A DNA stretch of 62,793 nt, filler included, from 10 parts of 10 records of this genome joined end to end with filler, not necessarily neighbours in it; one strand, 5' to 3'; shown: positions 50,254-62,772, counted from the first letter of the whole stretch. The notes: a model not told the origin generated them from the letters alone. Numbers and translations are program-made.

Positions 50254-53200
50254 CGCTTGTGTACTCGTTTGCTAATCAAAGAGAGGTTTTTTGCGGCGCT
50301 GACCCCATTGCTCCCATCCGAATCGACTCCACGGCTGCTCGTATTACCTTCACTTCGGACAACTCTGTCACTCGCCCGGGTTTCCACATCTCGTACCAGC
50401 CCTTCATCATTCCTGGCGGTGGTATGTCACCACCACCTTGAACGTTTGTTTGTGCGTACAGGATGCGGATTCTGTAGTGCTTAGAGATTACAGTGTGAAC
50501 ATTATTGGAGGCGTCTTCGTGTTATTTTGATGTTGATTCGGTCTCTGTGCGCTTATAGGTGGATATTGTTCGGGGGCTGTTACATTAACGGCATCCAGTG
50601 GTGTCATAACCGACGGTTCTGGTCTCGGAGACTACCTCAACGATCTAGCGTGCTCGTGGGAGATCACGCCTGCAGACGGGTCGACTTACACCATCATGTA
50701 TCTGTGGGCAGCGGACGTGGAGCATGAATATGACTATGTACGCGTCCTTGTACAGTGCTGTTTGATTTTTCACTAACACATCTTCTTGATGGTGTGCACG
50801 ATATTGTAGGTTCGAGTTGCTCTTCAGTCCAATCCCTCGTCGTACATCTACGAGCTCACGGGCAGTGTACGCTCGGGCGATATGTACGACGGTATATACG
50901 ATTTCGGCAACCAGCTCGTGACCATTTCCTTTGAGACTGACAGCAGTGTCACCGAGCCTGGCTTCAGCCTTGCGTATCAGACATTTCACGGAGGTGCGTA
51001 TATTTGTTACTGCCCGTGCAAAATGTACACGTGGGTCGGTAACATTCCGGACGCTGTTTTGTGTAGGCATCCCGGAGCTATTTGACTATATTCCGCAGAC
51101 GCACAGCGTTGGGTTCCTGGAGATTGCGCTATGGTCTTACACACTTAGCCCCGACGCTCCCACAGAGAAACTGGTTTTCACGGTCCAATCACACTCAGAA
51201 GCGCGTGCATTCGATATCTTTGTGCAGTACGTTCGTTTACAATCCCATCACCATTGACTCACGCCACTGTCCTGCTAGAGCGTGGGGATATCCTGAGCCA
51301 CGACACTCATGGGGCTATATTGCCCGTAGCTTTACCGGGCCCACGTACACGCTGACTGTCGACAAGCCAGTCGCAGGTGCTACCTACTATATCTTGGTCA
51401 CAGGCGCGTATGGATCGGACACGTTTGATGTCACCGCACATGCCGATTATCTGGAGAACTGCGCACCGTTTGCTGTGTTTACCAACGTGAGCAACACCAT
51501 TACCGACGGCAGCGGCTCCTCGTTTAACTATCCCAACAACTTGGATTGCGCGTTCCTGCTACGACCGCCCATGGAACCGCCCTACGCAGCTGTGATTTCG
51601 TTCCGTGACTTTCACGTGGAGTGGACTGAGGACTGCTCTTTCGACTCGGTACTTATTACACATTGCATACACATTTCTTTCTATATGCGTATACACTGTC
51701 TGCGTTGAACTCTAACCATCGCTTTCATTTTCCCGCAGCTGTCCGTGTTCAATGGCGAGAATGAAAGCAGCCCGCTGGTGGCTCATCTCTGCGGATACTC
51801 ACCGCCGCCTAACGTGATTGTGCTTGACACCCCCGCCTTTGTGTTCTTCCACTCAGACCAGTCCAACACGTTTGGCGGGTTTACCATTGATTATACTTTC
51901 TACCGTACGTGAGCGCTAAGTGCGATTATCTGTCAGCCAATAGCGTGATGGAGTTTAATTGCCTTTCTGATTCGTTTCTGCGTGTGTAGCGAGCCCCGTT
52001 CTTCCGATTGACGGCACACCGATCAGCTCCTACATCGACCCTTTCACGTACAAGTGGTATATTTACCGCTTTGAACTGCCCTCCAACCAATTCCTCCGCA
52101 ATCTCGTCGTGCAGGTCGTGACTGCGGTCAGCAACACCGACCCGTTTGACGTGTATCTTCAGTACGTTTCGCTCGTTTGTTGCTCTGTTTGTTTTAGAAG
52201 AGAATATTCTAATCGCGCTGATATTTTTTGTTGCTGTGATCTTCTTGCAGAGCGGGCAATATTCCCACCACCACACAGCACGTTACGTACCGAACCCAAC
52301 AGCAGATCAACAAATACACGCTGCCCGTGTTGTCTCCCGTGGCAGGATTGTGGTTTGTCGGTATCTGGTCAGACCAAGGCGGAGGAAACTTTACTGTGCG
52401 AGTCAGCGTGGAGCAGACAGAGCTCTGCGAGGGACTCTCCAACCTGAACACGCTGTCCGGTTCCTTCCAGGTGGGGTCGGGTGCGCGTCAGTACAACAAC
52501 TCCATGGACTGCAACTGGGTCGTGCAGCCGTCGGTTCCTGTCAGCACCATTGTTGTGTACTTCTCCGCGTTCGATGTGGAGTACTCACCGGCCTGCACTT
52601 ACGACTGTCTTCGCATCTACGCAGAGGGCGATCAGCTCTTGGCCCCGCTCGGTACACAGCATTCGTTGTCACTCAGATTGCACGATGGCTTATCGTTTCC
52701 TGTGTGTATTGTAGCGTCGCTGTCTGGGCAGACGGTTCCCAACCCAATTCTGTTCCAAGGATCCTCGCTGTTGATGTCGTTCACATCGGATGACAGCGGT
52801 ACAGGCACTGGGTTCACAGGAGGGTACCGCGCCTACCCCAACGGTATGTCACCTGTCTTGCGTGATACCCGCTGTGAGGTGTTTGATGATTGAGGTACCT
52901 CTCACCCGTTGCGATCACTGACTGGGAGGTGTTGTGCAATGGGCAGGTATTCCTGCGCTGGGTGTGGCCAACGTGACTTCATTGATAACGGGAGGTGAGG
53001 TGGCGTTCTACCGTGTGGATGTGCCGCGCACCCGCCCCGTTCCCAAGCTCGTCATCAGCGTTACGGTCGCTATTCCGCACAATCTGCAAGTGCTCGTTGC
53101 GTACGTGTCCCCTTTGTATCGATGATTGTTTGCGGGGAATATGCACTCATCACAAACGCTGCGGCTGTGTGTACATGTTGCAGGCATGAGCGGATCCCGT

Positions 53201-53958
53201 CCTCTCGAAACTTTGACGACCAGGCAACGTCGACCGACGGGCGCACCTATTCGCTGGCGCTATCGTGGCCAGACTCGGGCACGTGGTACATCGCGGTGCA
53301 GTCAATCTTTGAGAACGACAACTACACCATCGCGGCCTCGCTCGGCCCCTTTGCGGCGCTGGCTCCACTCTCTCCCTCTATACTGCAGCCCGACGGCGTC
53401 GGGACAACACGTCTGGATATCATCTCCACCTTCCCCAACGACACATCCACCATGCGGCTGTCGTTCGCGTGGCAGGTGCAGGCGTTTTGTGAGGGTTCGC
53501 TCTCGCTGTCCGTCTTCTCGCAGGGCGTGGCGGTCCCCACGTTCTTCCAGACCAAACGCCATGGAACCATCCTGGGTGCCGTTGTGCTCCCCCTCAGCCC
53601 CGTTCTGCACAACATCAACGTCACGGTGGTTGCTCGCTACACCGCACTCACCAACGAATCATGCGCCGTGCAGTCGATGGTCACCCCCGTGTTCCCCATC
53701 ACCAACCGCGCCACCGTTCAGATCAACGACCCCAACCTGTTCCCTATGCTTATCGGCCGACAAATGAGCCAGCCGTTGCTTGTGAACGTGGAGGGTCTCA
53801 GCAGCGGCGATGTGACCGCGCTCACGTCCAACCCGTCCGATCTGGACGTCATCACCAACAACGTCACCTTGACCGCATCCGCCGGCACCTCGCTCAATCA
53901 CATCTTCCCACCTGGCAATGCGGGTGTCTTTGTGACAAGCTTTGCTGCGGTTGGCCCC
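50254..53958 (+). CDS. Eukaryotic multi-exon extracellular protein with CUB and PPC-like repeats (internal fragment); exons 50254-50421, 50559-50737, 50810-50993, 51067-51226, 51279-51648, 51739-51904, 51990-52161, 52251-52651, 52715-52843, 52947-53100, 53184-53958
   Basis: Ten GT-AG introns of 52-137 nt splice into one open frame. CUB motifs: Y.N...C.W/F, C.YD/FD.L, F.SD.S....GF...Y. PPC-like motifs: FD.Y/F.Q...P, G.WY/YY.V. Confidence 0.85.
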
Positions 53959-54058
53959 NNNNNNNNNNNNNNNNNNNNNNNNNNNNNNNNNNNNNNNNNN
54001 NNTTAATTAATTAANNNNNNNNNNNNNNNNNNNNNNNNNNNNNNNNNNNNNNNNNNNN

Positions 54059-56417
54059 ACCGCCAGTCTGTACCGAGCGCGCGCAGCACTATACCGAGAT
54101 GTATCAACAACATCTCGATAAGCCGATCCCGGTACGTCGCGCGCTGGCACTGGCGCATCACCTGGCGAATCGCACCATCTGGATCAAACACGATGAGTTG
54201 ATCATTGGCAACCAGGCAAGCGAAGTTCGCGCCGCGCCGATCTTCCCGGAATATACTGTCTCGTGGATCGAAAAAGAGATTGATGATCTGGCAGATCGTC
54301 CCGGTGCTGGCTTTGCGGTGAGCGAAGAGAACAAACGCGTTCTGCATGAAGTGTGCCCGTGGTGGCGCGGTCAGACCGTACAGGATCGCTGCTACGGCAT
54401 GTTTACCGATGAGCAAAAAGGTCTGCTGGCGACCGGAATCATTAAAGCGGAAGGCAATATGACCTCCGGCGATGCGCACCTGGCGGTGAATTTCCCGCTG
54501 CTGCTGGAAAAAGGGCTTGATGGTCTGCGCGAGGAAGTAGCGGAACGTCGCTCGCGCATCAACCTGACGGTGCTGGAAGATTTACACGGTGAGCAATTCC
54601 TGAAAGCGATTGATATCGTGCTGGTGGCAGTCAGTGAACACATTGAACGTTTCGCTGCCCTGGCGCGTGAAATGGCCGCGACCGAAACCCGCGAAAGCCG
54701 TCGCGATGAACTGCTGGCGATGGCAGAAAACTGCGATCTTATCGCCCACCAGCCGCCGCAGACTTTCTGGCAGGCGCTGCAACTGTGTTACTTCATCCAG
54801 TTGATTTTGCAGATCGAATCTAACGGTCACTCAGTATCGTTTGGTCGTATGGACCAGTATCTCTACCCGTACTATCGCCGCGACGTTGAACTCAACCAGA
54901 CGCTGGATCGCGAACACGCCATCGAGATGCTGCATAGCTGCTGGCTGAAACTGCTGGAAGTGAACAAGATCCGCTCCGGCTCACACTCAAAAGCCTCTGC
55001 GGGAAGTCCGCTGTATCAGAACGTCACTATTGGCGGGCAAAATCTGGTTGATGGTCAACCAATGGACGCGGTGAATCCACTCTCTTACGCGATCCTCGAA
55101 TCCTGCGGTCGCCTGCGTTCCACTCAGCCTAACCTCAGCGTGCGTTACCATGCAGGAATGAGCAACGATTTCCTCGACGCCTGCGTACAGGTGATCCGTT
55201 GCGGCTTCGGGATGCCGGCGTTCAACAACGACGAAATCGTGATCCCGGAATTTATTAAACTCGGTATTGAACCGCAGGACGCTTATGACTACGCAGCGAT
55301 TGGTTGTATAGAAACCGCCGTCGGTGGCAAATGGGGCTATCGCTGTACCGGCATGAGCTTTATCAACTTCGCCCGCGTGATGCTGGCGGCGCTGGAAGGC
55401 GGGCATGATGCCACCAGCGGCAAAGTGTTCCTGCCACAAGAAAAAGCGTTGTCGGCAGGTAACTTCAACAACTTCGATGAAGTGATGGACGCGTGGGATA
55501 CGCAAATCCGTTACTACACCCGCAAATCAATCGAAATCGAATATGTCGTCGACACCATGCTGGAAGAGAACGTGCACGATATTCTCTGCTCGGCGCTGGT
55601 GGATGACTGTATTGAGCGAGCGAAAAGTATCAAGCAAGGCGGCGCGAAATATGACTGGGTTTCTGGCCTGCAGGTCGGCATTGCCAACCTCGGCAACAGC
55701 CTGGCGGCAGTGAAGAAACTGGTGTTTGAACAAGGTGCGATTGGTCAGCAACAGCTTGCTGCCGCACTGGCAGATGACTTCGACGGCCTGACTCACGAGC
55801 AGCTGCGTCAGCGGCTGATTAACGGTGCGCCGAAGTACGGCAACGACGATGATACTGTCGATACGCTGCTGGCTCGCGCTTATCAGACCTATATCGACGA
55901 ACTGAAACAGTACCATAATCCGCGCTACGGTCGTGGTCCGGTTGGCGGCAACTATTACGCGGGTACGTCATCAATCTCCGCTAACGTACCGTTTGGCGCG
56001 CAGACTATGGCAACACCGGACGGGCGTAAAGCCCACACCCCGCTGGCAGAAGGCGCAAGCCCGGCCTCCGGTACTGACCATCTTGGCCCTACTGCGGTCA
56101 TTGGCTCAGTGGGTAAACTGCCTACGGCAGCGATTCTCGGCGGCGTGTTGCTCAACCAGAAACTGAATCCGGCAACGCTGGAGAACGAATCTGACAAGCA
56201 GAAACTGATGATCCTGCTGCGTACCTTCTTTGAAGTGCATAAAGGCTGGCATATTCAGTACAACATCGTTTCCCGCGAAACGCTGCTGGATGCGAAAAAA
56301 CATCCCGATCAGTATCGCGATCTGGTAGTGCGTGTCGCGGGCTATTCCGCGTTCTTCACCGCGCTCTCTCCAGACGCTCAGGACGATATCATCGCCCGTA
56401 CTGAACATATGCTGTAA
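54059..56417 (+). CDS. ybiW: Glycyl radical enzyme (PFL-like), 5' end missing
   Basis: GCIE active-site Cys and RVAGYS glycyl-radical motif; upstream of ybiV/ybiU. Confidence 0.95.
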
Positions 56418-56562
56418 TCTCCTCGGCCCGGCGGCGTCGTCGCCGGGCTAAATCATTCACATCATCAATTTCATCCTTACTTTCATTCGAAATATAATTT
56501 GTGCTCTGCGTCACATTGTTATTACACTGTTACGGTTTCATTTTCGAGCCAGGAGCACACCT

Positions 56563-57378
56563 ATGAGCGTAAAAGTTATCGTCACAGACATGGACGGTAC
56601 TTTTCTTAACGACGCCAAAACGTACAACCAACCACGTTTTATGGCGCAATATCAGGAACTGAAAAAGCGCGGCATTAAGTTCGTTGTTGCCAGCGGTAAT
56701 CAGTATTACCAGCTTATTTCATTCTTTCCTGAGCTAAAGGATGAGATCTCTTTTGTCGCGGAAAACGGCGCACTGGTTTACGAACATGGCAAGCAGTTGT
56801 TCCACGGCGAACTGACCCGACATGAATCGCGGATTGTTATTGGCGAGTTGCTAAAAGATAAGCAACTCAATTTTGTCGCCTGCGGTCTGCAAAGTGCATA
56901 TGTCAGCGAAAATGCCCCCGAAGCATTTGTCGCACTGATGGCAAAACACTACCATCGCCTGAAACCTGTAAAAGATTATCAGGAGATTGACGACGTACTG
57001 TTCAAGTTTTCGCTCAACCTGCCGGATGAACAAATCCCGTTAGTGATCGACAAACTGCACGTAGCGCTCGATGGCATTATGAAACCCGTTACCAGTGGTT
57101 TTGGCTTTATCGACCTGATTATTCCCGGTCTACATAAAGCAAACGGTATTTCGCGGTTACTGAAACGCTGGGATCTGTCACCGCAAAATGTGGTAGCGAT
57201 TGGCGACAGCGGTAACGATGCGGAGATGCTGAAAATGGCGCGTTATTCCTTTGCGATGGGCAATGCTGCGGAAAACATTAAACAAATCGCCCGTTACGCT
57301 ACCGATGATAATAATCATGAAGGCGCGCTGAATGTGATTCAGGCGGTGCTGGATAACACATCCCCTTTTAACAGCTGA
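56563..57378 (+). CDS. ybiV: Cof-type HAD sugar phosphatase
   Basis: DMDGTFL and GDSGND motifs, 271 aa. Confidence 0.95.
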
Positions 57379-57529
57379 CCTCTCTACCGGAGCCGTGCGC
57401 TCCGGTTTTCCCTTCTTTTTACATCCTGTACATCACATCAAATCATTAAACTTGCATTAACTTATTTATAACTTATATTGTCACATGCAAATCAGAATGG
57501 TTTCGAATGAAAGTTAATGAGAGGTGGTT

Positions 57530-58795
57530 ATGGCTTCTACTTTTACCAGCGACACATTGCCTGCCGATCACAAAGCAGCTATCCGTCAGATGAAGCACGC
57601 GCTGCGGGCGCAGCTTGGCGACGTCCAGCAGATCTTTAATCAGCTAAGCGATGACATTGCCACGCGAGTGGCTGAAATCAACGCACTCAAAGCACAGGGC
57701 GATGCCGTCTGGCCGGTGCTGTCTTATGCCGATATCAAAGCAGGTCATGTTACTGCAGAGCAGCGCGAACAGATTAAACGTCGCGGTTGTGCGGTGATAA
57801 AAGGCCATTTCCCCCGCGAACAAGCGCTAGGCTGGGATCAGTCGATGCTGGACTATCTGGACCGCAACCGCTTTGACGAGGTCTACAAAGGCCCCGGCGA
57901 TAATTTCTTCGGGACGCTCAGCGCTTCACGTCCCGAGATTTACCCCATCTACTGGTCGCAGGCGCAAATGCAGGCCCGCCAGAGTGAAGAAATGGCGAAT
58001 GCGCAGTCGTTTCTCAATCGTCTGTGGACATTTGAAAGTGATGGAAAGCAATGGTTTAACCCGGATGTGAGCGTCATCTACCCTGACCGTATCCGCCGCC
58101 GTCCGCCCGGAACGACCTCCAAAGGTCTTGGAGCGCATACCGACTCCGGGGCACTGGAACGCTGGCTGCTTCCAGCGTATCAGCGCGTTTTCGCCAACGT
58201 CTTTAATGGCAATCTGGCGCAATATGATCCCTGGCATGCGGCACATCGTACGGAAGTTGAAGAGTACACGGTGGACAACACCACCAAATGTTCCGTGTTT
58301 CGGACATTCCAGGGCTGGACAGCGCTCTCTGATATGCTGCCTGGTCAGGGGCTGCTGCACGTCGTGCCCATTCCTGAAGCTATGGCGTACGTACTGTTAC
58401 GTCCGCTGCTTGATGATGTGCCGGAGGATGAACTGTGCGGCGTAGCGCCCGGAAGAGTATTGCCGGTATCAGAGCAATGGCATCCACTGTTGATTGAGGC
58501 GTTAACCAGCATTCCAAAACTCGAAGCCGGAGACTCCGTCTGGTGGCACTGCGACGTCATCCATTCCGTTGCCCCCGTTGAAAATCAACAAGGTTGGGGC
58601 AACGTGATGTACATTCCTGCGGCACCGATGTGCGAGAAAAATCTTGCCTACGCGCACAAGGTGAAGGCCGCACTGGAAAAAGGCGCATCGCCGGGCGACT
58701 TCCCGCGCGAGGACTATGAAACAAACTGGGAAGGACGCTTTACGCTTGCCGACCTCAACATTCACGGTAAGCGAGCGTTGGGCATGGATGTTTGA
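57530..58795 (+). CDS. ybiU: DUF1479 putative oxygenase
   Basis: HTDSG and WWHCDVIH motifs, 421 aa. Confidence 0.94.
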   Translation: MASTFTSDTLPADHKAAIRQMKHALRAQLGDVQQIFNQLSDDIATRVAEINALKAQGDAVWPVLSYADIKAGHVTAEQREQIKRRGCAVIKGHFPREQALGWDQSMLDYLDRNRFDEVYKGPGDNFFGTLSASRPEIYPIYWSQAQMQARQSEEMANAQSFLNRLWTFESDGKQWFNPDVSVIYPDRIRRRPPGTTSKGLGAHTDSGALERWLLPAYQRVFANVFNGNLAQYDPWHAAHRTEVEEYTVDNTTKCSVFRTFQGWTALSDMLPGQGLLHVVPIPEAMAYVLLRPLLDDVPEDELCGVAPGRVLPVSEQWHPLLIEALTSIPKLEAGDSVWWHCDVIHSVAPVENQQGWGNVMYIPAAPMCEKNLAYAHKVKAALEKGASPGDFPREDYETNWEGRFTLADLNIHGKRALGMDV

Positions 58796-58876
58796 GAATT
58801 AATGGAAGTGAATTGATGTGGGATTAAGAAAATCGATTCGACGTTACTCAGATTGCTGACAAATGCGCTTTGTTAA

Positions 58877-58911
58877 TGCCTGATGCGGCGTTAACGCCTT
58901 ATCCGGCCTAC
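58877..58911. repeat. REP element at contig end
   Basis: TGCCTGATGCGGCGTTAACGCCTTATCCGGCCTAC. Confidence 0.9.
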
Positions 58912-59011
58912 NNNNNNNNNNNNNNNNNNNNNNNNNNNNNNNNNNNNNNNNNNNNTTAATTAATTAANNNNNNNNNNNNNNNNNNNNNNNNNNNNNNNNN
59001 NNNNNNNNNNN

Positions 59012-60987
59012 CTTTCCGCCAGGACCGGCAGCCATCACCATGCCTTCAGAGATACCGAAGCGCATTTTACGTGGTGCCAGGTTAGCCACCATAATGGTGT
59101 GACGACCAATCAGTGCCTGCGGATCCGGGTAAGCAGAACGAATACCGGAGAAGACATTGCGTTTTTCACCGCCGAGATCCAGCGTCAGGCGCAGCAGTTT
59201 GTCAGAACCTTCAACAAACTCTGCGTTTTCAATCAGCGCCACGCGCAGGTCAACTTTAGCGAAGTCGTCAAAGGTGATGGTTTCCTGAATCGGATCATCT
59301 GCCAGCGGGCCAGTTACCGGCGCGGCAGCGGCTTTTACTTCTTCTTTAGAGGCTTCCACCAGTGCTTCAACCTGCCTCATATCGATGCGGTTATACAGCG
59401 CCTTGAACGGATTCACTTTGTGGCCCAGCAGCGGTTGCTGGATACCATCCCAGGTCAGTTCCGTATTGAGGAATGCTTCTGCACGCTCGGTCAGTTTCGG
59501 CAGTACCGGCTTCAGGTAAGTCATCAGCACGCGGAACAGGTTGATGCCCATTGAGCAAATTGCCTGCAGGTCGGCATCGCGGCCTTCCTGTTTCGCCACC
59601 ACCCACGGAGCCTGTTCATCGACATAGCGGTTAGCCAGATCAGCCAGCGCCATGATTTCGCGCACGGCTTTACCAAATTCACGGCTTTCCCACGCTTCAC
59701 CAATCACTTCAGCGGCATCAGTGAAGGTTTTGTACAACTGCGGGTCAGCCAGTTCGCTTGCCAGCACGCCGTCAAAACGCTTGTTGATAAAGCCCGCATT
59801 ACGGGAGGCCAGGTTAACCACTTTGTTAACGATATCGGCATTCACACGCTGAACGAAATCTTCCAGGTTGAGATCGATATCATCAATGCGCGAAGAGAGT
59901 TTCGCAGTGTAGTAGTAACGCAGGCTGTCTGCGTCAAAATGATTCAGCCAGGTGCTGGCTTTAATAAAGGTGCCGCGAGACTTGGACATCTTTGCGCCGT
60001 TCACCGTCACATAGCCATGAACAAACAGGTTGGACGGCTTGCGGAAGTTGCTGCCTTCCAGCATGGCAGGCCAGAACAGGCTGTGGAAGTAAACAATATC
60101 TTTACCGATGAAGTGGTACAGCTCGGCGGTGGAGTCTTTCTTCCAGTATTCATCGAAGCTTACGCTGTCGCCGCGCTTGTCGCACAGATTCTTGAAAGAA
60201 CCCATGTAGCCAATCGGTGCGTCCAGCCAGACGTAGAAATATTTGCCCGGCGCGTTCGGAATTTCAAAACCGAAGTAAGGGGCGTCGCGGGAGATATCCC
60301 ACTGTTGCAGGCCAGATTCAAACCACTCCTGCATTTTATTTGCCACCTGCTCCTGCAACGCACCGCTGCGGGTCCATGCCTGCAACATTTCGCTGAAAGA
60401 GGGCAGATCAAAGAAGAAGTGTTCAGAATCACGCATTACCGGCGTAGCGCCAGAAACCACCGATTTCGGCTCGATCAGTTCAGTCGGGCTGTAGGTCGCG
60501 CCGCAGACTTCGCAGTTATCGCCGTATTGATCCGGGGATTTACATTTCGGGCAGGTGCCTTTCACAAAACGGTCCGGCAGGAACATGCCTTTTTCCGGAT
60601 CGTACAGCTGAGAGATGGTGCGGTTTTTAATAAAACCGTTTTCTTTCAGGCGAGAGTAGATAAGTTCTGACAACTGGCGGTTCTCTTCGCTGTGCGTCGA
60701 GTGATAGTTGTCATAGCTGATGTTAAAGCCTGCGAAATCAGTCTGATGCTCCTGACTCATTTCGCCAATCATCTGCTCCGGGGTGATACCAAGCTGCTGA
60801 GCTTTCAGCATGATCGGTGTACCGTGGGCATCGTCGGCGCAGATGAAGTTGACCTCGTGGCCGCGCATTCGCTGGTAACGGACCCAGACATCAGCCTGGA
60901 TGTGCTCCAGCATATGGCCGAGGTGGATTGAGCCGTTAGCGTACGGCAGTGCGCACGTCACCAGAATTTTCTCGCGACTTGAGTCAT
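59012..60987 (-). CDS. metG: Methionyl-tRNA synthetase (3' end cut; apparent 1-bp frameshift at codon 6)
   Basis: [13 protein letters not shown] and KMSKS motifs; the true start ATG ACT CAA GTC GCG at 60987 is out of frame with the body. Confidence 0.96.
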
Positions 60988-61118
60988 AGTAGGCATTACT
61001 TCTTAATAGTGAAAAGGGGTTAGATAGTACCAAATGGGAAAATGTTAAGTAAGTACTTCTCTATATTCTTCAGGTAAACTATCAGCTGATGGTTTATCTA
61101 TACAAAAAAGGAGTCGGG

Positions 61119-62228
61119 ATGAACGAACAATCCCAGGCCAAATCACCAGAAGCCTTGCGCGCAATGGTCGCCGGGACACTGGCCAATTTTCAGCACCCAA
61201 CCCTGAAGCATAACCTCACCACGCTGAAAGCGTTGCACCATGTCGCCTGGATGGACGACACGTTGCATGTGGAACTGGTTATGCCGTTTGTCTGGCATAG
61301 CGCGTTCGAAGAGTTAAAAGAGCAATGTAGCGCCGAACTGCTGCGCATCACCGGGGCGAAAGCTATCGACTGGAAACTGTCGCATAACATAGCCACTCTG
61401 AAACGCGTGAAGAATCAGCCGGGAATTAACGGTGTGAAGAACATTATCGCGGTGAGTTCCGGTAAAGGCGGCGTGGGTAAATCGTCCACGGCGGTAAACC
61501 TGGCACTGGCGCTGGCGGCAGAAGGGGCGAAAGTCGGCATTCTGGACGCCGATATCTACGGCCCATCAATCCCAACAATGTTGGGCGCAGAAAATCAGCG
61601 TCCAACTTCGCCGGACGGTACCCATATGGCACCGATTATGTCTCATGGCCTGGCAACCAATTCAATTGGTTATCTGGTCACTGACGACAATGCGATGGTG
61701 TGGCGTGGACCGATGGCGAGCAAGGCGTTAATGCAGATGTTGCAGGAAACCTTGTGGCCGGATCTCGACTATCTGGTGCTTGATATGCCGCCAGGCACCG
61801 GTGACATTCAATTGACGCTGGCGCAAAACATTCCAGTAACCGGTGCAGTCGTGGTCACCACCCCGCAGGACATCGCGCTGATCGATGCGAAAAAAGGCAT
61901 TGTGATGTTCGAGAAAGTCGAGGTTCCGGTGCTCGGTATTGTCGAGAACATGAGTGTGCATATTTGCAGTAACTGTGGTCACCATGAACCGATTTTCGGT
62001 ACCGGTGGTGCAGAGAAACTGGCTGAAAAATACCATACACAGCTGCTGGGGCAGATGCCGTTACACATCTCCTTACGTGAGGATCTCGATAAAGGTACGC
62101 CAACGGTTATCAGCCGTCCGGAGAGCGAATTTACCGCTATCTACCGCCAGCTGGCTGACCGCGTTGCAGCTCAGCTCTACTGGCAGGGTGAAGTCATTCC
62201 AGGCGAGATTTCCTTCCGCGCGGTCTAA
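61119..62228 (+). CDS. mrp: Mrp/ApbC Fe-S cluster carrier ATPase
   Basis: GKGGVGKS, DMPPGTGD and CSNC motifs, 369 aa. Confidence 0.97.
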   Translation: MNEQSQAKSPEALRAMVAGTLANFQHPTLKHNLTTLKALHHVAWMDDTLHVELVMPFVWHSAFEELKEQCSAELLRITGAKAIDWKLSHNIATLKRVKNQPGINGVKNIIAVSSGKGGVGKSSTAVNLALALAAEGAKVGILDADIYGPSIPTMLGAENQRPTSPDGTHMAPIMSHGLATNSIGYLVTDDNAMVWRGPMASKALMQMLQETLWPDLDYLVLDMPPGTGDIQLTLAQNIPVTGAVVVTTPQDIALIDAKKGIVMFEKVEVPVLGIVENMSVHICSNCGHHEPIFGTGGAEKLAEKYHTQLLGQMPLHISLREDLDKGTPTVISRPESEFTAIYRQLADRVAAQLYWQGEVIPGEISFRAV

Positions 62229-62490
62229 CGCCTATTAACCATTCTGGTTATTCTTCATACACCGCAGAGATGTTACATTGATGCGGTGTATTAGTTTTTG
62301 CCGCATTAATGAACACTTATTTAATACTGCGAATATTCTGCGGACCTTCGTCCGAAACTCTACAAAGTCGATTGATCATACAGGCAATGCTTCATTATCA
62401 TCCTTCGTGGCTGTGTAGTGGATGTACAGCTATAGTTTGTTATGCACTCATTCTATCCAGGCATAACCTTTACTACAGGGATAACGTTCA

Positions 62491-62772
62491 ATGAATAAGT
62501 ATTGGCTGTCAGGAATTATTTTTCTTGCCTATGGATTGGCTTCTCCCGCATTCTCTTCAGAGACTGCCACATTAGCGATTAATGGCAGGATCAGTCCCCC
62601 AACATGCAGTATGGCTATGGTTAATGGTCAACCTCAACAGCATTGTGGTCAGTTAACGTATAATGTTGACACCCGTCATCTGTTTTCTTCGCCCGTCAAA
62701 GGTGTAACGACAGAAGTGGTTGTTGCAGGTAGCGATAGCAAACGTCGAATCGTGTTAAATCGCTACGATTAA
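62491..62772 (+). CDS. yehE: DUF2574 secreted protein
   Basis: 93 aa with signal peptide, downstream of mrp as in K-12. Confidence 0.88.
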   Translation: MNKYWLSGIIFLAYGLASPAFSSETATLAINGRISPPTCSMAMVNGQPQQHCGQLTYNVDTRHLFSSPVKGVTTEVVVAGSDSKRRIVLNRYD

